DNA of 64,000 nucleotides from an uncultured Chitinophagaceae bacterium (GCA_963811275.1 CAWEQR010000007.1:157494-221493), one strand, 5' to 3'; counted from the stretch's first letter, positions 1 to 10,389 are shown. Numbers and translations are program-made. Notes: generated from the sequence alone by a model not told the origin.

Positions 1-68
1 TCACCGGCGAAGTCACCAACGAAGAACAGCTCTCCTGGATTTTTGGGAAGTTTTGTATCGGGAAGTGA
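1..68 (+). CDS. mnmE: 3' end of tRNA modification GTPase MnmE/TrmE (partial)
   Basis: Frame from base 3 reads TGEVTNEEQLSWIFGKFCIGK*, the diagnostic FCIGK C-terminus. Confidence 0.95.
   Translation, partial: TGEVTNEEQLSWIFGKFCIGK
51..68 (+). repeat. att core copy 1 (last 18 bp of mnmE)
   Basis: Identical to 8052-8069. Confidence 0.9.
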
Positions 69-73
69 CCATT

Positions 74-135
74 GGTTGACGGTTGACGGTTGACGGTTGA
101 CGGCTTTGCCCGCCAAAGCTTTTGCGTAGGCGGGC
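74..135. repeat. GGTTGAC x4 heptamer repeat followed by a REP-like/terminator hairpin
   Basis: GGTTGAC tandem at 74-101; GCCCGCC...GGCGGGC stem at 108-135; a degenerate copy follows the second att site (~8075-8122). Confidence 0.75.
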
Positions 136-222
136 CTTTAGTAGCCTTTTATTCGCTACTAATCTGTTACCAAATCCTGCTTTTTTGAAATGCCTGATCT
201 AGGTGGCCAGATTATAGGCACT

Positions 223-300
223 AATGATACGGTATGATACCCAATGATACAGTATGATGCCTGACGATACCCAACGATACACTATGATATGGTATAATAC
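223..300 (+). repeat. 10-bp-phased ATGATAC-like repeat array (about 8 units)
   Basis: atgatac/acgatac/atgatgc/ataatac recurring every 10 bp. Confidence 0.85.
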
Positions 301-463
301 ATCACAAAACTCATCTTTCGTTTCTTACGGATATGTATTTATGCCTTTTTTATATTTTTTTTGATTCCGTTCATCCCAAGGTCGAACGACAAATGAAAAC
401 GCTATTAAAAATTCCTTTGAAATTTCAGGAACCAGTCAAGGATTTCGTAAAAAAAAAGATAGT

Positions 464-1237
464 TTAAAATGCCAGTGTTACACCACTTTTCAAGCCTTCT
501 TCATATTTTTCTTTGTCAAATTTGTATAAGAAGGGAGACCGGTGGGAGCCAATTTGTTTTTTCTCATCCAGTTTAACGAGAATTCCGGCTGCGATCAACT
601 TCTTTGAAAAATTCCTGTCGTCAAGTGACCTGCCTAAAATAGTCTCATAGAGATTATGGATCTCCGGTAATGTAAATTTATTCGGAAGCAGTTCATATCC
701 AATCGGATAGTGGGCGATATGTAACCGTAATGATTTTAGGGCTTCAGCAATCAGTGTTTTATGATCAAACATCATTTTAGGGAGATCTGCTATCGGCCAC
801 CACCGGCAATCGGTTTCTAAAGCACCTTTTTTAATTTCTACCTTCGAAAACTCTGTCAGCGTATAAAAGCCAACAGTTACGAAATAATCAAATATCCAGA
901 GATCCGCTGGCACTTCCAGACCTGTTAACTCGCTTAATTGTCTTGCATTAAAGGCGGCATCCTTGTTCCTCGTTGGCGTACCAAAGGAACGGAATTGCTC
1001 CAGATATAATTTTTTTAAACCCGTCCGTTCATAGGCTATTCTTTTAGCCGCATCTTCTATCGTTTCTGTTTTTTTTATGTGACCGCCGGTTACTGTCCAT
1101 TTATCTGCCGCAAATGGCCTTTGTAGTAACACTTTGAGTTCTTTGTCACTGTAGCCAAAAATGACGTTGTCTACGGCAACATTACGGAGGAATTGATTTG
1201 AATTTAAATAGGCTTCTTGCCTTTTTATAGTATTCAT
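464..1237 (-). CDS. NrtR-family (Nudix + winged HTH) transcriptional regulator, AraR/XylR-like
   Basis: Degenerate Nudix box (GGHIKKTETIEDAAKRIAYERTGL), C-terminal FTLPEIHNLYE..LDDRNFSKK wHTH; ATG at 1237 preferred over 1276. Confidence 0.9.
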   Translation of the reverse strand: MNTIKRQEAYLNSNQFLRNVAVDNVIFGYSDKELKVLLQRPFAADKWTVTGGHIKKTETIEDAAKRIAYERTGLKKLYLEQFRSFGTPTRNKDAAFNARQLSELTGLEVPADLWIFDYFVTVGFYTLTEFSKVEIKKGALETDCRWWPIADLPKMMFDHKTLIAEALKSLRLHIAHYPIGYELLPNKFTLPEIHNLYETILGRSLDDRNFSKKLIAAGILVKLDEKKQIGSHRSPFLYKFDKEKYEEGLKSGVTLAF

Positions 1238-1294
1238 AGTGAATTTTGAGTCACTGGAGGGTTTGCTACGGGGCAAAAATACGAAATAACTGCA

Positions 1295-1315
1295 ATTCCG
1301 TAGAATTTACGGAAT
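1295..1315. promoter_or_regulatory. NrtR-type operator 1
   Basis: 21-bp palindrome ATTCCGTAGAATTTACGGAAT with GT-N7-AC core. Confidence 0.85.
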
Positions 1316-1350
1316 ATTATTTTGTTATTCCAAAACTTCGTTTTAGCTTT

Positions 1351-1371
1351 ATTCCGTAGAAAATACGGAAT
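1351..1371. promoter_or_regulatory. NrtR-type operator 2
   Basis: ATTCCGTAGAAAATACGGAAT, near-identical to operator 1. Confidence 0.85.
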
Positions 1372-1570
1372 TGATACTTCTTAATATAAAAAACTAAATA
1401 TTGAACGACAAAAAACTAAGACATGAATAAAGCCGGTATATTAATTGCAGGCGCTTTTTGCTTTTATTGTCAATTGGGGCAGACGCCCAGGCCAAAACAG
1501 GAGCACAACAATAAGAAAGAGAGATTTTACATTCCTGTTTCATCTATTGTGTAATTCAAATTAATTCAGA

Positions 1571-3913
1571 ATGAAATTTCATTGTTGTTCCGTTACGCTA
1601 CTCTTTATTGGTATTTGCAGCCCAATGATTTCTTTTAGTCAAAATGCACCCCAGTTAGGTAAAGACCCGATACGTGCTGTCATCAAAGCCATGACGCTGG
1701 AAGAAAAAGCCAGCATGGTAGTTGGTGCCGGATTAAATATTCCTCCTGGCATCGCAAACTCATTAGGCGCAAATGTCAGACGTATGGTACCAGATACCGG
1801 CAGTTTGGCAAGCAAGACAAAAAGTCCCGTTCCGGCTGCAGCAGGAACCACGATTGCAATTCCAAGGTTGGGTATACCCTGTGTTGTTGTAAATGACGGT
1901 CCTGCGGGATTACGTATGTTGGGTGGAAATTATAAGACCACTGCTTTTCCTATAGGTACGCTATTGGCATCCACCTGGGATAAAGACATCATTTATGAGA
2001 CAGGAAAAGCATACGGTAATGATGTTCTGGAATACGGTGTGGATATACTGCTTGCCCCAGGAATGAACATCCAGCGAAATCCTTTATGTGGAAGAAATTT
2101 TGAATATTATTCAGAAGATCCGCTGTTGTCAGGCAAAATAGCTGCAGCCATGGTCAGTGGCATTCAATCGCAGGGAGTAGGCACGTCTGTAAAACATTTT
2201 GCAGCAAACAATCAGGAAACAGACAGGGATTCTGTAAACACAATTGTGAGTGAAAGGGCACTTCGTGAAATATATCTTAAAGGTTTCAAAATTGCAGTTC
2301 AGGAAGCGCACCCATGGACAGTCATGTCTTCATATAACTTGCTGAATGGATACTACACATCAGAAAATGCTGACCTTTTAACGAATATATTGAGAAATGA
2401 ATGGGGATTTAAGGGAATTGTGATGAGTGACTGGAATGCAGGACATGATGCTGTTGCTCAGGTAAAAGCAGGCAATGACCTAATGATGCCGGGTCCGTAC
2501 CAGGTGAACTCTATTATCCAGGCAGTGAAGGATGGAAAACTTGATGAAAAATTACTTGAGAGTAATATTGAAAACATATTGAATCTTATTCTCAAGACAC
2601 CGAGATTCAAAAAATATGCATATTCACAGAAACCTAATTGGGAAGAAAATGCAAAAACATCGCGGACTGCTGCTACCCAGGGAATGGTTTTACTTAAAAA
2701 TGATAACAATGCACTTCCTTTTCCAAAAGGCATCAAGAAAGTTGCACTATTTGGAAATTCATCTTACGATACCTATATCGGAGGTTCGGGAAGCGGGTAT
2801 GTGGTTACTGCTTACAGGATAAATATAATAGATGGGCTAAACAATGCCGGTTACAAGTCTGACGACTCTTTGGAAAAGACATACAAAACTTACATGAGGG
2901 AAAATGAACCCAAACAGACAGATATGATAGCTGTCATGATGGGCGGTAAGAAAAGGGCATCGGAAATGCCGGTTAAACCCACTCTCGCCGTAAAACTGGC
3001 TGACTCAAATGATGTAGCGGTAATTACAATCGGCAGAACTTCAGGAGAAGGTGCAGATCGGAAAATAGAAGGCGATTTTAATTTGTCAGATACGGAAAAG
3101 AATTTGATCACAACTGTTTCCCGGGCATTTCATGCAAAAGGGAAAAAAGTAATCGTAATTCTTAATATTGGCGGAGTGGTTGAAACCGCCAGTTGGAGAA
3201 ATGGCCCTGACGCCATATTGCTCGCCTGGCAACCAGGAATTGAAGCCGGAAATGCTATTGGGGATGTAATTTCCGGGAAAATAAACCCTTCCGGCAAATT
3301 GGCTGTCACATTTCCGATTTCTTATAATGACGTCCCCTTTTCAAATAAATTTCCGGGTGAAGTAGTAAAAGGCGATTCTATCATTAAGCGAACAGTAGCT
3401 TATGAAGAGGGCATATATGTAGGTTATCGTTACTACAATACATTTAATGTAAAGCCCGCGTATGAGTTTGGCTACGGATTATCTTACACTAACTTTTCAT
3501 ATAACTCTTTAAAGTTAAGCTCATCAAATTTCAACAATAAAATAACTGCAACTGTAACCATAACTAATACAGGAAAAATTGCAGGCAAAGAAGTTGTTGA
3601 ATTGTACCTGAGTGCACCTTCAAAAAAATTGGACAAGCCATCGGAAGAATTAAAAGGCTTTGCCAAAACGGGTTTATTACAACCTGGCAAATCGCTAACA
3701 ATCACTTTCACACTAACTCCGGAAGATTTAGCATCGTTCGATACCAATTCATCGTCATGGGTTGCGGAAGGTGGAAAATATACTGTAAAAATTGGTGCTT
3801 CATCACTTGACATAAAAAGTTCAGCATCTTTCAACTTATCGAAAGAGTTGATAGTAGAGAAAGATCATATGGCATTACCGCCGCAGGTTACGATCAACGA
3901 GTTAAAAAAATAA
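1571..3913 (+). CDS. GH3 beta-glucosidase/xylosidase, secreted
   Basis: DGPAG, GRNFEYYSEDP, KHFAAN and MSDW motifs; Fn3-like C-terminus; signal peptide. Confidence 0.95.
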   Translation: MKFHCCSVTLLFIGICSPMISFSQNAPQLGKDPIRAVIKAMTLEEKASMVVGAGLNIPPGIANSLGANVRRMVPDTGSLASKTKSPVPAAAGTTIAIPRLGIPCVVVNDGPAGLRMLGGNYKTTAFPIGTLLASTWDKDIIYETGKAYGNDVLEYGVDILLAPGMNIQRNPLCGRNFEYYSEDPLLSGKIAAAMVSGIQSQGVGTSVKHFAANNQETDRDSVNTIVSERALREIYLKGFKIAVQEAHPWTVMSSYNLLNGYYTSENADLLTNILRNEWGFKGIVMSDWNAGHDAVAQVKAGNDLMMPGPYQVNSIIQAVKDGKLDEKLLESNIENILNLILKTPRFKKYAYSQKPNWEENAKTSRTAATQGMVLLKNDNNALPFPKGIKKVALFGNSSYDTYIGGSGSGYVVTAYRINIIDGLNNAGYKSDDSLEKTYKTYMRENEPKQTDMIAVMMGGKKRASEMPVKPTLAVKLADSNDVAVITIGRTSGEGADRKIEGDFNLSDTEKNLITTVSRAFHAKGKKVIVILNIGGVVETASWRNGPDAILLAWQPGIEAGNAIGDVISGKINPSGKLAVTFPISYNDVPFSNKFPGEVVKGDSIIKRTVAYEEGIYVGYRYYNTFNVKPAYEFGYGLSYTNFSYNSLKLSSSNFNNKITATVTITNTGKIAGKEVVELYLSAPSKKLDKPSEELKGFAKTGLLQPGKSLTITFTLTPEDLASFDTNSSSWVAEGGKYTVKIGASSLDIKSSASFNLSKELIVEKDHMALPPQVTINELKK

Positions 3914-4025
3914 CAGTTGATATTAAATGCCATTCGGAGCAATGCTTGAAATTTTAGACATGTAAGTATAAAAACGGATTTACAAGTATACACTTTCCCC
4001 ATTTATTATTCTAAAAAATTGTTGT

Positions 4026-6554
4026 GTGAAAAAATCGTTGCTCATATTTTCCTTATTCTTTGCTACAGGTATTTCTGCACAAACCAGAAACAACCGCGCA
4101 ATCACTTTTACACGCACTATAGCGTTTGATAGTAATTGGCTTTTTAAGAGAGATAGTGTATCAGGCGCAGAGCAAGCTCAATTCAACGATGCAAAATGGC
4201 GTGTACTTGATCTGCCGCATGACTGGAGTATTGAAGATTTATCGAATCAAAAGCAAGATACTGTTGTTGGTCCTTTTGATAGAAATAGCATTGGTCAATC
4301 CGCTACCGGGTTCACAGTAGGAGGAACAGGATGGTACCGAAAAAAGTTTATCACCGAGAAGTCTTTTCAAAATCATCTTGTGACGATTCTGTTTGATGGT
4401 GTCTATATGAACTCTGACGTTTGGTTGAACGGTCATCATCTTGGCAATCATCCGTATGGTTATACACCTTTTTATTACGACTTGTCTCTTTACCTTAAAC
4501 CTGTAGGAGAAAAAAATGTATTATCAGTGAAAGTGAACAATGAAGGAAAGAATTCACGTTGGTATAGCGGCTCAGGTATTTATCGTCATGTTTGGCTTAC
4601 TGTTACCGAAGCAGTACATGTTCCTGATTGGGGAGTTTATATTACCACACCTGAAGTATCTGTTCATTCCGCAACCGTTCAAATAAGAACATCTATCAGA
4701 AATGAACAAAATATTCAAACTAATGTATCGCTCACAACTACAATTATTTCTCCCGAAGGAAGAGCGGTAACTAAAGCAGAAAAAACATTATCACTGCAAA
4801 CGAATGCATCATCTGTCGAATCTCAAAATATCAAACTTGCTGATCCTGTTTTATGGTCTGTTGAATCACCACATCTTTATAAGGCAATTACAGAAATTAA
4901 ATCAGGAGATCATTTAATTGACAGGATTGAAACACCTTTTGGAATCAGAAGCATTCGCTTCGATGCAAACAAAGGCTTTTTATTAAACGACAAAAGAATT
5001 ATACTAAAAGGCGGCTGTATCCACCATGACAATGGTCCCTTAGGTGCAGCTGCGATTAACAGAGCTGAGGAACGTAAAATTGAATTGCTAAAAAAGGCAG
5101 GTTACAATGCAGTACGTTTAAGTCATGGTCCCCCTTCTGAACAATTACTTGATGCCTGTGACAAATTGGGAATGCTTGTAATGGATGAAGCATTTGATAT
5201 GTGGGAACTTCCAAAAAATTCCCAGGATTATCATTTGTATTTCAAAGATTGGTGGAGGAAAGATTTAGATGCTATGATTTTACGGGACCGCAATCATCCT
5301 AGTGTTATTATGTGGAGTATCGGTAATGAAATTTATGAGGCACCTGATTCAGCAGGGCATCAGATTGCAAAAGAATTGTCTGATGAAGTTCATCAACTTG
5401 ACCCTACCCGGGCAATAACTTCAGCGATTGTGTATTTGCCCGGTTATACAAAAAAGCCTTGGCAGGATTATGAGCCTTTTTTAGAACATCTTGACGTGGA
5501 TGGATACAATTACTTTTTGGAGGACCGATCTAAATATTTTGTACGTGATGGTGCAACAGCGCATCGCTTTGAAACGGAACATAAGAAGCATCCATCAAAA
5601 ACATTTATAGTTACAGAATATACACCAATCAGCGCATTGGAAAACTATGATTATGCAAGTCAACATCATTATATGTTAGGAAGTTTCAAATGGACTGCCA
5701 TGGATTACATAGGGGAAGCAGGTATTGGCAGACCAGTATTGTTACCCGAATCAAGAAAGTTGCCTGAAGGCCTGATGCGCATGGGACTTTTCTATCTTCC
5801 GGCAAAAGATGTATTTAACGCTTATAGTGGCGATTTTGATTTAATTGGAAATAAAAAGGCAGCAGCATACTATCAGGATGTTGTTTGGAACAATAGCAAA
5901 ATCGAAATGCTGGTACACCGTCCCGTTCCTGATAGTATACAGGAGGTAATAGCACCCTGGGGTTTTCCCGATGAGTTAAAATCATGGACATGGCCTGGTC
6001 GGGAGGGAAAAAAAGTGCAGGTGAACGTTTATACAAGAAGTAAACATGTAAAACTTGAATTAAATCGTAAGGTGATTGCCGAACAAACAATTCCTGATAG
6101 TTCCATCACAGCAACATTTTATGTAGAATACCAACCGGGAACACTTGTTGCAAGAAGTTTTGATAATGGAAAAGAAACTGGCTCAAAGACACTGGCAACT
6201 ACAGGTAAGCCAACTGCTATCCGTTTAGTTGCTGATAGAAAAACAATTGCAGCTAGTCAGAACGATTTATGCTATGTAAAGGTGGAAGTTGTTGATGAAA
6301 AGGGTAATGTTGTTCCTTATGTTGATGATATGGAAATTAGCTATCAGATTAGAGGTAACGCAATTATTGCAGGCGCTGGAAATGGGAGTTATAATGATGC
6401 AACCAGCTTTCAACAGAATCATAAAAAAGTATTTCAGGGAAGAGGTTTAGTAATTATACGTCCAACTGGTAGGAGTGGAACAATTATATTGAAAGCGAAA
6501 GCAAGTGGATTAATGGAAGGTGTAACATCAATTATTACAAAAGAGAAAAAATAG
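4026..6554 (+). CDS. GH2 beta-galactosidase-like glycosidase, secreted
   Basis: LPHDWSIE, RWYSGSGIYRHV and RDRNHPSVIMWSIGNE motifs. Confidence 0.95.
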   Translation: MKKSLLIFSLFFATGISAQTRNNRAITFTRTIAFDSNWLFKRDSVSGAEQAQFNDAKWRVLDLPHDWSIEDLSNQKQDTVVGPFDRNSIGQSATGFTVGGTGWYRKKFITEKSFQNHLVTILFDGVYMNSDVWLNGHHLGNHPYGYTPFYYDLSLYLKPVGEKNVLSVKVNNEGKNSRWYSGSGIYRHVWLTVTEAVHVPDWGVYITTPEVSVHSATVQIRTSIRNEQNIQTNVSLTTTIISPEGRAVTKAEKTLSLQTNASSVESQNIKLADPVLWSVESPHLYKAITEIKSGDHLIDRIETPFGIRSIRFDANKGFLLNDKRIILKGGCIHHDNGPLGAAAINRAEERKIELLKKAGYNAVRLSHGPPSEQLLDACDKLGMLVMDEAFDMWELPKNSQDYHLYFKDWWRKDLDAMILRDRNHPSVIMWSIGNEIYEAPDSAGHQIAKELSDEVHQLDPTRAITSAIVYLPGYTKKPWQDYEPFLEHLDVDGYNYFLEDRSKYFVRDGATAHRFETEHKKHPSKTFIVTEYTPISALENYDYASQHHYMLGSFKWTAMDYIGEAGIGRPVLLPESRKLPEGLMRMGLFYLPAKDVFNAYSGDFDLIGNKKAAAYYQDVVWNNSKIEMLVHRPVPDSIQEVIAPWGFPDELKSWTWPGREGKKVQVNVYTRSKHVKLELNRKVIAEQTIPDSSITATFYVEYQPGTLVARSFDNGKETGSKTLATTGKPTAIRLVADRKTIAASQNDLCYVKVEVVDEKGNVVPYVDDMEISYQIRGNAIIAGAGNGSYNDATSFQQNHKKVFQGRGLVIIRPTGRSGTIILKAKASGLMEGVTSIITKEKK

Positions 6555-6594
6555 CAAAATGCAAAGTATATTTTCGAATCATTGATAATAGTGT

Positions 6595-6647
6595 ATCAGG
6601 GTAAATATCTTTAAAGACGAAGCGCTTATATCATAAATTTGAGCGTT
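6595..6647 (+). repeat. Cassette-flanking repeat copy A
   Basis: About 80% identical to 7562-7615 by manual alignment; ends in GTT. Confidence 0.75.
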
Positions 6648-6672
6648 GTGCGTCATTCAAAAATCACCTCAC

Positions 6673-7527
6673 ATGAAGAAAAAGTTTTTTATATTAACAG
6701 TTCTTGTCTTTTTTATCGGACTTGCACAGGTGCAAGCACAACAAGTTATTCGACTTTATTCTGGAAAAGCTCCCGGTTCTGAAAACTGGACCTGGGAAGA
6801 GCGAAATTTAGGAGGAGGTTATCTAAGAGATGTAACGGATCCGACTTTAACGGCTTTTGTTCCTTCAAACCCAAATGGCATTGCTGTTATTATTGCACCG
6901 GGTGGCGCTTTTCATTACCTCGTTTATGACCTTGAAGGGACAGCCGTAGCAAAAAAGTTGAATGAAAAAGGAATCACTGCCTTCGTTTTAAAATATCGGC
7001 TGGTGCACGAAGACCCTGCTCATCCGTACTTTGACAAAATGATGGAAACAAAGAATTTCAAGATGTTGGATTCGGTGAGTGCACCTGTAATAAAACTTGC
7101 ACTTCAGGATGCATTAACGGCTATGAAGTACGTCCGCCAACATGCAGTAGAATACAAGATTGATTATAACAAAATAGGCTTCATGGGCTCTTCTGCCGGA
7201 GGAACTATTGCGATGTCGGTAGCCTACAATGCTTTGGAAGAGAGCCGGCCAAATTTTGTGTCAGTTGTTTATTGTGCCAATGATATAATCGGTTCAAAAA
7301 TCCCTTCGGTGAGGACACCCATCTTTATTGCTTGTGCCAGTGATGACGAATTCGGTTTTGCCGCCAACAGTGTTCACATCTATTCCAAATGGTTAGAGGC
7401 TAATCAACCTGTTGAATTGCACATATACGAAAGAGGAGGGCACGGGTTCATAATGAAGAAGCAAAATCTTCCGTGTGATGCATGGTTAGAAAGATTTACA
7501 GATTGGCTTTCTATGCAATATCCCTAA
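6673..7527 (+). CDS. alpha/beta hydrolase (carbohydrate esterase-like)
   Basis: APGGAF oxyanion motif, GSSAGG nucleophile, GGHGF; ATG at 6673 starts a signal peptide. Confidence 0.9.
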   Translation: MKKKFFILTVLVFFIGLAQVQAQQVIRLYSGKAPGSENWTWEERNLGGGYLRDVTDPTLTAFVPSNPNGIAVIIAPGGAFHYLVYDLEGTAVAKKLNEKGITAFVLKYRLVHEDPAHPYFDKMMETKNFKMLDSVSAPVIKLALQDALTAMKYVRQHAVEYKIDYNKIGFMGSSAGGTIAMSVAYNALEESRPNFVSVVYCANDIIGSKIPSVRTPIFIACASDDEFGFAANSVHIYSKWLEANQPVELHIYERGGHGFIMKKQNLPCDAWLERFTDWLSMQYP

Positions 7528-7561
7528 AGGCAACAAAATGTGTAACGCTAAACAACAGTAA

Positions 7562-7615
7562 ATCAGGGTAAATATCGTCACAGACGAAGCGCCTTATATC
7601 ATAAAATTAAGTGTT
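7562..7615 (+). repeat. Cassette-flanking repeat copy B
   Basis: Homologous to 6595-6647. Confidence 0.75.
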
Positions 7616-7668
7616 CGCAGCAAGTTTAACTTGCGGTATGTGGAAAAACGAATAAGCCAAGAATTGAT

Positions 7669-8004
7669 ATGTTGACATATAGCAAACTCATTGAGCTAAG
7701 GGAGAAGTTGGCAAATGGCGAAATTGGATTTGAATTCGCAAAAGCACAATATTGGACTGATTTCAAAGAAGGACAACGATCTTGGCATACAAAAGATTGG
7801 AAAGAAAGAAGATCTAAATTCATCAAAGACAAATGTGAAATATGTGGCGGTAAAGAAACATTAACGCTACAGAATCTTTCTCACCCAAAAAAATACTCCG
7901 AATATATAACAGACATAGCAAGAGCATACGCTAAAGATTACATCGACAATAATCCTAACAATTCAATTCATTTAGAATTCAAAAATTTCCATGTTTGCCA
8001 CTAA
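7669..8004 (+). pseudogene. HNH-like/Zn-binding protein, probably truncated at the island end
   Basis: WKERR...CEICG..LTLQN resembles an HNH N-terminus; reading frame ends in the att-proximal repeats. Confidence 0.5.
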
Positions 8005-8051
8005 TCCGTCACTAATTCCCCGCAAACCCACTGGAAGCGTGGGACAGTACT

Positions 8052-8069
8052 TTTTGTATCGGGAAGTGA
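8052..8069 (+). repeat. att core copy 2
   Basis: Identical to 51-68; similarity to the first copy continues about 100 bp downstream. Confidence 0.9.
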
Positions 8070-8614
8070 GCATTGGTTGATGGTTGACGGCTTTGCCCAC
8101 TAAAGCTTTTGCGTAGGCGGGCCTTTAGTTGTATTTTATTCACTCCTAAACTGTTAAACCCAATGAACAAGGAATAATAATCCTTAATTATTTTCGTTTT
8201 CTTACCAATTCGAATTCAACGGAATCTTTTTGGAAACGTGACTGCCACCAATTATGGACTTAATAATGAAGGGACTGAGATTGTCTTCAATGCCATCAAT
8301 AGTAGCACTAATATGGGATTAATCGTTGCTGTCAATTTAGACGGCTAATCTCTCCGCGATATATGCACGACCTTGTTATCATTCTGATATTTGGATGAGT
8401 ACTCCCATTTTGAGATCGTCCTTTCTGAATCAGGGGATCCCATTTAAAAGAATTTCGGGTAAAAATAAATCTTCCGGATTCTTTTTACCTTATTATCAAT
8501 GCATTACAAGGCCGGTATAGATTTATCTGTTTAGGGCCCGTACAAACCTTTAAATGGCGAAATAATTGTAAACCTTATGTTCGAAAGTAATGAAGTGATC
8601 CTATAGAAAACAAA

Positions 8615-9559
8615 TTGAACCGCGTGAAAAAGATTTGGTGTTTTGCCCTATTACTGATTAGCATGTATACGAAAGCCGGCACCTGCTCTGCCAACGGAAC
8701 AGGAAACTGGGAAACGCCTGGCTCCTGGAGTTGCGGACATATTCCCGGTGCGGGCGATGACGTAACGATTGGCTCTGGAATTATTATTACCGTGAATACT
8801 AATAACCTGGCCTATATCGGTAACCTCGATATTTTCGGAACACTGCAGTTCACGATTGGTGCAAAAATACATTTGGCGGCGGCCTCAGTGGTAAATGTTT
8901 ATTCGGGAGGTGACATCACCGGTGGCAATGGTGGAGCCAAACTTGTTTTTCCCTCCGCTTCGTATTCGGGCCCATTTAACACCACCGGTCCATTCTTTTT
9001 TAGTGACGGCGGATCAGGTACCGGTATATTGCCTTTGACTTTGGCTTCTTTTTATAGTTCACAGCAAAACCAGGAAGTCATTCTTTACTGGAGAACGGAA
9101 AATGAAGAGAATATAAATTCCTTTGAGATCGAATCAAGAGGGAACGGCAGTTCTGACTGGCGGGCCTTGCAAACGGTCCCTTCAATGGCAGCCGGTGAAA
9201 GCGGCTACTCATATAATTTCATTGATCATACCAAAATGTACGGAGACCGGAGTTATCGTTTAAAGATCATTGACAAGGACGGCAAATATGTGTTTAGTAA
9301 AGTCCTGTTTATTACTTTCGCTCAAACAGGGACATTCTCCATAGCGCCAACGCTGGTATATAGTTCAATGAAAGTCAATTTGCCAACACCAGGCCCGGCC
9401 CAGCTTTCTATTTTCAATACTTCTGGTCAGTTGGTTAGAACATTAGTCACAGGAAGTGATGACTTCAACATCGATGTTTCAAGGCTGAAAAGCGGTGAAT
9501 ATTTCCTAAAAGCCTATCAGGAGGGAAACTCATATATTGCAAAATTTTTCAAGCAATAA
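8615..9559 (+). CDS. T9SS type A sorting domain protein
   Basis: Signal peptide, LPLTLASF..LYW.T.NE linker domain, C-terminal IDVSRLKSGEYFLK..KFFKQ. Confidence 0.85.
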   Translation: MNRVKKIWCFALLLISMYTKAGTCSANGTGNWETPGSWSCGHIPGAGDDVTIGSGIIITVNTNNLAYIGNLDIFGTLQFTIGAKIHLAAASVVNVYSGGDITGGNGGAKLVFPSASYSGPFNTTGPFFFSDGGSGTGILPLTLASFYSSQQNQEVILYWRTENEENINSFEIESRGNGSSDWRALQTVPSMAAGESGYSYNFIDHTKMYGDRSYRLKIIDKDGKYVFSKVLFITFAQTGTFSIAPTLVYSSMKVNLPTPGPAQLSIFNTSGQLVRTLVTGSDDFNIDVSRLKSGEYFLKAYQEGNSYIAKFFKQ

Positions 9560-9730
9560 TCTATCGTTACAATTCCTGCACTAATTCCAACCAAGTTGAT
9601 CTGTTTATAAATTTTATAGCAAATCTGATAATTTGTGACTTCATACCCGGACTTGCCCCGCCCCCCTGTAAACCGGACAGTTTGCTAAAGATGGTCTGGC
9701 AGTTCTCCATAGTCCCTACATTTGGGAACT

Positions 9731-9768
9731 AAAAAAAGGAAGCCGCACCCGCCCGGGGTGCAGCTTCC
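9731..9768 (-). terminator. Intrinsic terminator
   Basis: GGAAGC.GCACCC stem plus T-run on the minus strand just after the 9780 stop. Confidence 0.75.
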
Positions 9769-9779
9769 CGAACAAAGCA

Positions 9780-10350
9780 CTACAACGTTACTGCCAGTGT
9801 TCCGGTATTACCTGGAACATCGGTTGCAATGGCATTGATTTTACTACCGGCCAGCACAGCATTTGCCTGCGTGGTCGTGTAGATCCAGTCAATTCCATTG
9901 GTCTGTTGTACGGCATTGCCTTTCTCCAGAAGCGTACCGCTGGTAGCGAAAATTTCCACCAGTACGCCGGTTACCCGGAAATCGTCTGTCGCGCGAATCC
10001 TGATCGTGCTTCCAGCCACACCGTTGTACGCACTGGTGTCGATTGATTTTACGTCTGGTGGAGACATGAAATCGGCAACCGCCCTGCTGAACAGGTTTTG
10101 CCTGGGGTTCAACCTCGCGGTATAAGCATCCCTAATACCCTGATCTGTTCCCTCCATCACCGACGGTGGCATATTTTGCTGCCAGAGTGAAGTTTTCCTG
10201 TATTTTCAATTGCGGAGCAGTAGCCGGACCCGTTCTTGCTTTAGGGGCTTTTGCGACTACTGTTTTGCCATCCCACTCGCGGAATACGAGTTCTTTTCCG
10301 AGTGTACCTCTTAGTTTTCCGGTAATGACGCTATTATTTGAATTTGCCAT
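9780..10350 (-). CDS. Conserved-type Bacteroidota hypothetical protein (basic N-terminus, Ig-like C-terminus), one frameshift near 10165
   Basis: ORFs 10132-10350 and 9780-10172 join into one ~190 aa protein; a paralogous C-terminal remnant lies at 25994-26176. Confidence 0.7.
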
Positions 10351-10389
10351 AAGGATTTGAATTTAATAATGAAAAAAAATTGTTTACTA

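Larger units (their letters stand above)
51..8069. mobile_element. Integrase-less genomic island inserted at the mnmE 3' end
   Basis: Exact 18-bp direct repeat TTTTGTATCGGGAAGTGA at 51-68 and 8052-8069; interior visibly AT-rich; no recombinase ORF inside. Confidence 0.85.

Noticed and set aside
223-300. Possible CRISPR array
   Set aside because: The period is 10 bp with no unique spacers and there are no cas genes
1423-1554. 43-codon ORF MNKAGILIAGAFC... upstream of GH3
   Set aside because: May be a signal-peptide remnant, but there is no recognisable domain to support it
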